Below are positions 55,920 to 64,000 of a DNA stretch of 64,000 nt, piece by piece (positions within the stretch are counted from its first letter, which is position 1; each line of letters starts with the position of its first letter). The stretch lies in NCBI GenBank assembly GCA_964057225.1, contig OZ059900.1, forward strand, positions 14,880,001 to 14,944,000. The letters are read 5' to 3'. Under the pieces are notes generated by a model. The model was not told the origin of the DNA. It worked only from the letters and a program-made list of their open reading frames with translations, and did not search any database. The stretch comes from Auanema rhodensis (Eukaryota > Animalia > Nematoda). Position numbers and translations under genes: made by a program.

Positions 55920-58900
55920 TTGAATTTGCACTTAGAAACTTTCATTAAGAGTGTGAGTTTGAATTATAGTAGAAAAATGAAACACTGTCTCTAACATATC
56001 TTGATTTATGGCCTACTTTACTCAAAGAGCTAATTGAAGTTTGGTGTTAGAATGAACAATTGATTAACGCTGACGTTCCATTTTTTTTCATCGTAATTGA
56101 GATAGAACATTTAAATTAAATGGAAATGTTTAAAAATTTAGAAAAAATCACAAGCTCAAATCACTTTTGAAAAAACAGAAAGTTTAAAACAACCTTTTTT
56201 CTAATAATTATCTTTTTAATTCGACTTTTGGAAGAAAACAAAAATAGCATAACATTCAATAACGATGAATCAGAACAAAAACATTCTCCCCGGCCGGGAA
56301 TTGAACCCGGGTCTCGCATGTGACAGACGCGGATACTCACCACTATACTACCGAGGATTGAATTTGCACTTAAAAACTTTCATTAAGAGTGTGAGTTTGA
56401 ATTATAGTAGAAAAATGAAACACTGTCTCTAACATATCTTGATTTATGGCCTACTTTACTCAAAGAGCTAATTGAAGTTTGGTGTTAGAATGAACAATTG
56501 ATTAACGCTGACGTTTCAATTTTTTTCATCGTAATTGAGATAGAACATTTAAATTAAATGGAAATGTTTAAAAATTTAGAAAAAATCACAAGCTCAAATC
56601 ACTTTTGAAAAAACAGAAAGTTTAAAACAACCTTTTTTCTAATAATTATCTTTTTAATTCGACTTTTGGAAGAAAACAAAAATAGCATAACATTCAATAA
56701 CGATGAATCAGAACAAAAACATTCTCCCCGGCCGGGAATTGAACCCGGGTCTCGCATGTGACAGACGCGGATACTCACCACTATACTACCGAGGATTGAA
56801 TTTGCACTTAGAAACTTTCATTAAGAGTGTGAGTTTGAATTATTTTAGAAAAATGAAACACTGTCTCTAACATATCTTGATTTATGGCCTACTTTACTCA
56901 AAGAGCTAATTGAAGTTTGGTGTTAGAATGAACAATTGATTAACGCTGACGTTCCAATTTTTTTCATCGTAGTTGAGATAGAACATTTAAATTAAATGGA
57001 AATGTTTAAAAATTTAGAAAAAATCACAAGCTCAAATGACTTTTGAAAAAACAGAAAGTTTAAAACAACCTTTTTTCTAATAATTATCTTTTTTATCCGA
57101 CTTTTGTAAAAAAACAAAAATAGCATAACATTCAATAACGATGAATCAGAACAAAAACATTCTCCCCGGCCGGGAATTGAACCCGGGTCTCGCATGTGAC
57201 AGACGCGGATACTCACCACTATACTACCGAGGATTGAATTTGCACTTAGAAACTTTCATTAAGAGTGTGAGTTTGAATTATTTTAGAAAAATGAAACACT
57301 GTCTCTAACATATCTTGATTTATGGCCTACTTTACTCAAAGAGCTAATTGAAGTTTGGTGTTAGAATGAAGAATTGATTAACGCTGACGTTCCATTTTTT
57401 TTCATCGTAATTGAGATAGAACATTTAAATTAAATGGAAATGTTTAAAAATTTAGAAAAAATCACAAGCTCAAATCACTTTTGAAAAAACAGAAAGTTTA
57501 AAACAACCTTTTTTCTAATAATTATCTTTTTAATTCGACTTTTGGAAGAAAACAAAAATAGCATAACATTCAATAACGATGAATCAGAACAAAAACATTC
57601 TCCCCGGCCGGGAATTGAACCCGGGTCTCGCATGTGACAGACGCGGATACTCACCACTATACTACCGAGGATTGAATTTGCACTTAGAAACTTTCATTAA
57701 GAGTGTGAGTTTGAATTATTTTAGAAAAATGAAACACTGTCTCTAACATATCTTGATTTATGGCCTACTTTACTCAAAGAGCTAATTGAAGTTTGGTGTT
57801 AGAATGAACAATTGATTAACGCTGACGTTCCATTTTTTTTCATCGTAATTGAGATAGAACGTTTAAATTAAATGGAAATGTTTAAAAATTTAGAAAAAAT
57901 CACAAGCTCAAATCACTTTTGAAAAAACAGAAAGTTTAAAACAACCTTTTTTCTAATAATTATCTTTTTAATTCGACTTTTGGAAGAAAACAAAAATAGC
58001 ATAACATTCAATAACGATGAATCAGAACAAAAACATTCTCCCCGGCCGGGAATTGAACCCGGGTCTCGCATGTGACAGACGCGGATACTCACCACTATAC
58101 TACCGAGGATTGAATTTGCACTTAGAAACTTTCATTAAGAGTGTGAGTTTGAATTATTTTAGAAAAATGAAACACTGTCTCTAACATATCTTGATTTATG
58201 GCCTACTTTACTCAAAGAGCTAATTGAAGTTTGGTGTTAGAATGAAGAATTGATTAACGCTGACGTTCCATTTTTTTTCATCGTAATTGAGATAGAACAT
58301 TTAAATTAAATGGAAATGTTTAAAAATTTAGAAAAAATCACAAGCTCAAATCACTTTTGAAAAAACAGAAAGTTTAAAACAACCTTTTTTCTAATAATTA
58401 TCTTTTTAATTCGACTTTTGGAAGAAAACAAAAATAGCATAACATTCAATAACGATGAATCAGAACAAAAACATTCTCCCCGGCCGGGAATTGAACCCGG
58501 GTCTCGCATGTGACAGACGCGGATACTCACCACTATACTACCGAGGATTGAATTTGCACTTAGAAACTTTCATTAAGAGTGTGAGTTTGAATTATAGTAG
58601 AAAAATGAAACACTGTCTCTAACATATCTTGATTTATGGCCTACTTTACTCAAAGAGCTAATTGAAGTTTGGTGTTAGAATGAACAATTGATTAACGCTG
58701 ACGTTCCATTTTTTTTCATCGTAATTGAGATAGAACATTTAAATTAAATGGAAATGTTTAAAAATTTAGAAAAAATCACAAGCTCAAATCACTTTTGAAA
58801 AAACAGAAAGTTTAAAACAACCTTTTTTCTAATAATTATCTTTTTAATTCGACTTTTGGAAGAAAACAAAAATAGCATAACATTCAATAACGATGAATCA

Positions 58901-61900
58901 GAACAAAAACATTCTCCCCGGCCGGGAATTGAACCCGGGTCTCGCATGTGACAGACGCGGATACTCACCACTATACTACCGAGGATTGAATTTGCACTTA
59001 GAAACTTTCATTAAGAGTGTGAGTTTGAATTATAGTAGAAAAATGAAACCCTGTCTCTAACATATCTTGATTTATGGCCTACTTTACTCAAAGAGCTAAT
59101 TGAAGTTTGGTGTTAGAATGAACAATTGATTAACGCTGACGTTCCATTTTTTTTCATCGTAATTGAGATAGAACATTTAAATTAAATGGAAATGTTTAAA
59201 AATTTAGAAAAAATCACAAGCTCAAATGACTTTTGAAAAAACAGAAAGTTTAAAACAACCTTTTTTCTAATAATTATCTTTTTAATTCGACTTTTGGAAG
59301 AAAACAAAAATAGCATAACATTCAATAACGATGAATCAGAACAAAAACATTCTCCCCGGCCGGGAATTGAACCCGGGTCTCGCATGTGACAGACGCGGAT
59401 ACTCACCACTATACTACCGAGGATTGAATTTGCACTTAGAAACTTTCATTAAGAGTGTGAGTTTGAATTATAGTAGAAAAATGAAACACTGTCTCTAACA
59501 TATCTTGATTTATGGCCTACTTTACTCAAAGAGCTAATTGAAGTTTGGTGTTAGAATGAACAATTGATTAACGCTGACGTTTCAATTTTTTTCATCGTAA
59601 TTGAGATAGAACATTTAAATTAAATGGAAATGTTTAAAAATTTAGAAAAAATCACAAGCTCAAATCACTTTTGAAAAAACAGAAAGTTTAAAACAACCTT
59701 TTTTCTAATAATTATCTTTTTAATTCGACTTTTGGAAGAAAACAAAAATAGCATAACATTCAATAACGATGAATCAGAACAAAAACATTCTCCCCGGCCG
59801 GGAATTGAACCCGGGTCTCGCATGTGACAGACGCGGATACTCACCACTATACTACCGAGGATTGAATTTGCACTTAGAAACTTTCATTAAGAGTGTGAGT
59901 TTGAATTATTTTAGAAAAATGAAACACTGTCTCTAACATATCTTGATTTATGGCCTACTTTACTCAAAGAGCTAATTGAAGTTTGGTGTTAGAATGAACA
60001 ATTGATTAACGCTGACGTTCCAATTTTTTTCATCGTAATTGAGATAGAACATTTAAATTAAATGGAAATGTTTAAAAATTTAGAAAAAATCACAAGCTCA
60101 AATGACTTTTGAAAAAACAGAAAGTTTAAAACAACCTTTTTTCTAATAATTATCTTTTTTATCCGACTTTTGTAAAAAAACAAAAATAGCATAACATTCA
60201 ATAACGATGAATCAGAACAAAAACATTCTCCCCGGCCGGGAATTGAACCCGGGTCTCGCATGTGACAGACGCGGATACTCACCACTATACTACCGAGGAT
60301 TGAATTTGCACTTAGAAACTTTCATTCAGAGTGTGAGTTTGAATTATAGTAGAAAAATGAAACACTGTCTCTAACATATCTTGATTTATGGCCTACTTTA
60401 CTCAAAGAGCTAATTGAAGTTTGGTGTTAGAATGAACAATTGATTAACGCTGACGTTCCATTTTTTTTCATCGTAATTGAGATAGAACATTTAAATTAAA
60501 TGGAAATGTTTAAAAATTTAGAAAAAATCACAAGCTCAAATCACTTTTGAAAAAACAGAAAGTTTAAAACAACCTTTTTTCTAATAATTATCTTTTTAAT
60601 TCGACTTTTGGAAGAAAACAAAAATAGCATAACATTCAATAACGATGAATCAGAACAAAAACATTCTCCCCGGCCGGGAATTGAACCCGGGTCTCGCATG
60701 TGACAGACGCGGATACTCACCACTATACTACCGAGGATTGAATTTGCACTTAGAAACTTTCATTCAGAGTGTGAGTTTGAATTATAGTAGAAAAATGAAA
60801 CACTGTCTCTAACATATCTTGATTTATGGCCTACTTTACTCAAAGAGCTAATTGAAGTTTGGTGTTAAAATGAACAATTGATTAACGCTGACGTTCCAAT
60901 TTTTTTCATCGTATTTGAGATAGAACATTTAAATTAAATGGAAATGTTTAAAAATTTAGAAAAAATCACAAGCTCAAATCACTTTTGAAAAAACAGAAAG
61001 TTTAAAACAACCTTTTTTCTAATAATTATCTTTTTTATCCGACTTTTGTAAAAAAACAAAAATAGCATAACATTCAATAACGATGAATCAGAACAAAAAC
61101 ATTCTCCCCGGCCGGGAATTGAACCCGGGTCTCGCATGTGACAGACGCGGATACTCACCACTATACTACCGAGGATTGAATTTGCACTTAGAAACTTTCA
61201 TTCAGAGTGTGAGTTTGAATTATAGTAGAAAAATGAAACACTGTCTCTAACATATCTTGATTTATGGCCTACTTTACTCAAAGAGCTAATTGAAGTTTGG
61301 TGTTAGAATGAACAATTGATTAACGCTGACGTTCCAATTTTTTTCATCGTAATTGAGATAGAACATTTAAATTAAATGGAAATGTTTAAAAATTTAGAAA
61401 AAATCACAAGCTCAAATCACTTTTGAAAAAACAGAAAGTTTAAAACAACCTTTTTTCTAATAATTATCTTTTTAATTCGACTTTTGGAAGAAAACAAAAA
61501 TAGCATAACATTCAATAACGATGAATCAGAACAAAAACATTCTCCCCGGCCGGGAATTGAACCCGGGTCTCGCATGTGACAGACGCGGATACTCACCACT
61601 ATACTACCGAGGATTGAATTTGCACTTAGAAACTTTCATTAAGAGTGTGAGTTTGAATTATTTTAGAAAAATGAAACACTGTCTCTAACATATCTTGATT
61701 TATGGCCTACTTTACTCAAAGAGCTAATTGAAGTTTGGTGTTAGAATGAACAATTGATTAACGCTGACGTTCCATTTTTTTTCATCGTAATTGAGATAGA
61801 ACATTTAAATTAAATGGAAATGTTTAAAAATTTAGAAAAAATCACAAGCTCAAATGACTTTTGAAAAAACAGAAAGTTTAAAACAACCTTTTTTCTAATA

Positions 61901-63434
61901 ATTATCTTTTTTATCCGACTTTTGTAAAAAAACAAAAATAGCATAACATTCAATAACGATGAATCAAAACAAAAACATTCTCCCCGGCCGGGAATTGAAC
62001 CCGGGTCTCGCATGTGACAGACGCGGATACTCACCACTATACTACCGAGGATTGAATTTGCACTTAGAAACTTTCATTCAGAGTGTGAGTTCGAATTATA
62101 GTAGAAAAATGAAACACTGTCTCTAACATATCTTGATTTATGGCCTACTTTACTCAAAGAGCTAATTGAAGTTTGGTGTTAGAATGAACAATTGATTAAC
62201 GCTGACGTTTCAATTTTTTTCATCGTAATTGAGATAGAACATTTAAATTAAATGGAAATGTTTAAAAATTTAGAAAAAATCACAAGCTCAAATCACTTTT
62301 GAAAAAACAGAAAGTTTAAAACAACCTTTTTTCTAATAATTATCTTTTTTATCCGACTTTTGGAAGAAAACAAAAATAGCATAACATTCAATAACGATGA
62401 ATCAGAACAAAAACATTCTCCCCGGCCGGGAATTGAACCCGGGTCTCGCATGTGACAGACGCGGATACTCACCACTATACTACCAAGGATTGAATTTGCA
62501 CTTAGAAACTTTCATTAAGAGTGTGAGTTTGAATTATAGTAGAAAAATGAAACACTGTCTCTAACATATCTTGATTTATGGCCTACTTTACTCAAAGAGC
62601 TAATTGAAGTTTGGTGTTAGAATGAACAATTGATTAACGCTGACGTTCCATTTTTTTTCATCGTAATTGAGATAGAACATTTAAATTAAATGGAAATGTT
62701 TAAAAATTTAGAAAAAATCACAAGCTCAAATCACTTTTGAAAAAACAGAAAGTTTAAAACAACCTTTTTTCTAATAATTATCTTTTTAATTCGACTTTTG
62801 GAAGAAAACAAAAATAGCATAACATTCAATAACGATGAATCAGAACAAAAACATTCTCCCCGGCCGGGAATTGAACCCGGGTCTCGCATGTGACAGACGC
62901 GGATACTCACCACTATACTACCGAGGATTGAATTTGCACTTAGAAACTTTCATTAAGAGTGTGAGTTTGAATTATAGTAGAAAAATGAAACACTGTCTCT
63001 AACATATCTTGATTTATGGCCTACTTTACTCAAAGAGCTAATTGAAGTTTGGTGTTAAAATGAACAATTGATTAACGCTGACGTTTCAATTTTTTTCATC
63101 GTAATTGAGATAGAACATTTAAATTAAATGGAAATGTTTAAAAATTTAGAAAAAATCACAAGCTCAAATCACTTTTGAAAAAACAGAAAGTTTAAAACAA
63201 CCTTTTTTCTAATAATTATCTTTTTAATTCGACTTTTGGAAGAAAACAAAAATAGCATAACATTCAATAACGATGAATCAGAACAAAAACATTCTCCCCG
63301 GCCGGGAACTGAACCCGGGTCTCGCATGTGACAGACGCGGATACTCACCACTATACTACCGAGGATTGAATTTGCACTTAGAAACTTTCATTAAGAGTGT
63401 GAGTTTGAATTATAGTAGAAAAATGAAACACTGT

Positions 63435-63589
63435 TGTGGCGTTATACCACAAGTGTATAGTATGGTTGGAAGTAAAACACAAAGCAAATATGTAAAAAAG
63501 GGTTTATTGATGAATTAACAAGACAAGCACGGAATAAAATCACTGACTGCGAACGTTGAAAATGTAAGACCTACTCGCTTATCGCGACA
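63435..63589 (-). mobile_element. 155-bp solo-LTR-like insertion
   Basis: TG..CA ends with imperfect inverted termini (TGTGGCG / CGCGACA); 5-bp TSD ACTGT at 63430-63434 and 63590-63594; AATAAA on minus strand near 63503. Confidence 0.85.
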
Positions 63590-64000
63590 ACTGTCTCTAA
63601 CATATCTTGATTTATGGCCTACTTTACTCAAAGAGCTAATGGAAGTTTGGTGTTAGAATGAACAATTGATTAACGCTGACGTTTCAATTTTTTTCATCGT
63701 AATTGAGATAGAACATTTAAATTAAATGGAAATGTTTAAAAATTTAGAAAAAATCACAAGCTCAAATCACTTTTGAAAAAACAGAAAGTTTAAAACAACC
63801 TTTTTTCTAATAATTATCTTTTTAATTCGACTTTTGGAAGAAAACAAAAATAGCATAACATTCAATAACGATGAATCAGAACAAAAACATTCTCCCCGGC
63901 CGGGAATTGAACCCGGGTCTCGCATGTGACAGACGCGGATACTCACCACTATACTACCGAGGATTGAATTTGCACTTAGAAACTTTCATTAAGAGTGTGA

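Larger units (their letters stand above)
55809..64000 (-). repeat. tRNA-Asp tandem array, segment D (19 tRNA copies, runs off window)
   Basis: 438-bp period; tRNAs from 55848-55919 to 63892-63963; one unit is 160 bp longer because of an insert. Confidence 0.97.

Noticed and set aside
63273-63518. 81-aa plus-strand ORF
   Set aside because: Antisense to tRNA and runs into the solo LTR; junction artefact
724-63949. Dozens of 60-77 aa ORFs 'MVSIRVCHMRDPGSIPGRGE...'
   Set aside because: They are translations through the tRNA-Asp gene and AT-rich spacer from a GTG start; a by-product of the repeat
1-64000. tRNA-derived SINE interpretation of the 438-bp unit
   Set aside because: The tRNA is intact with an immediate T-run terminator; no poly-A tail or TSDs; strictly tandem

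Overview
Eukaryotic, most likely nematode, DNA. The backbone is a head-to-tail tandem array of a 438-bp unit, each carrying one minus-strand tRNA-Asp(GTC) gene (about 82 complete and 3 partial copies by my count). Four LTR-retroelement insertions interrupt it. (1) 3270-10934 (+) and (2) 46165-55808 (-) are two copies of one Ty3/Gypsy family with 417-bp TG..CG LTRs and a tRNA-Gln primer-binding site. Its polyprotein order is Gag - internal signal peptide - herpesvirus gB-like (class III) envelope - TM - protease - RT - RNaseH - integrase, followed by a small orphan ORF. The two copies carry reciprocal deletions: copy 1 lacks RT/RH/IN, while copy 2 lacks most of capsid and the N-half of Env but has apparently identical LTRs and a TSD. 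(3) ~14915-24753 (+) is a BEL/Pao element with an open 2853-codon Gag-Pol-Env ORF ending in phlebovirus-like Gn/Gc (class II), plus a separate Zn-knuckle ORF, and no 5' LTR or TSD. (4) 63435-63589 is a 155-bp solo-LTR-like insert with a 5-bp TSD. The best candidate for a new system is the gag-env(gB)-pol Gypsy virus and its complementary split copies. All calls are by eye; no searches were run.
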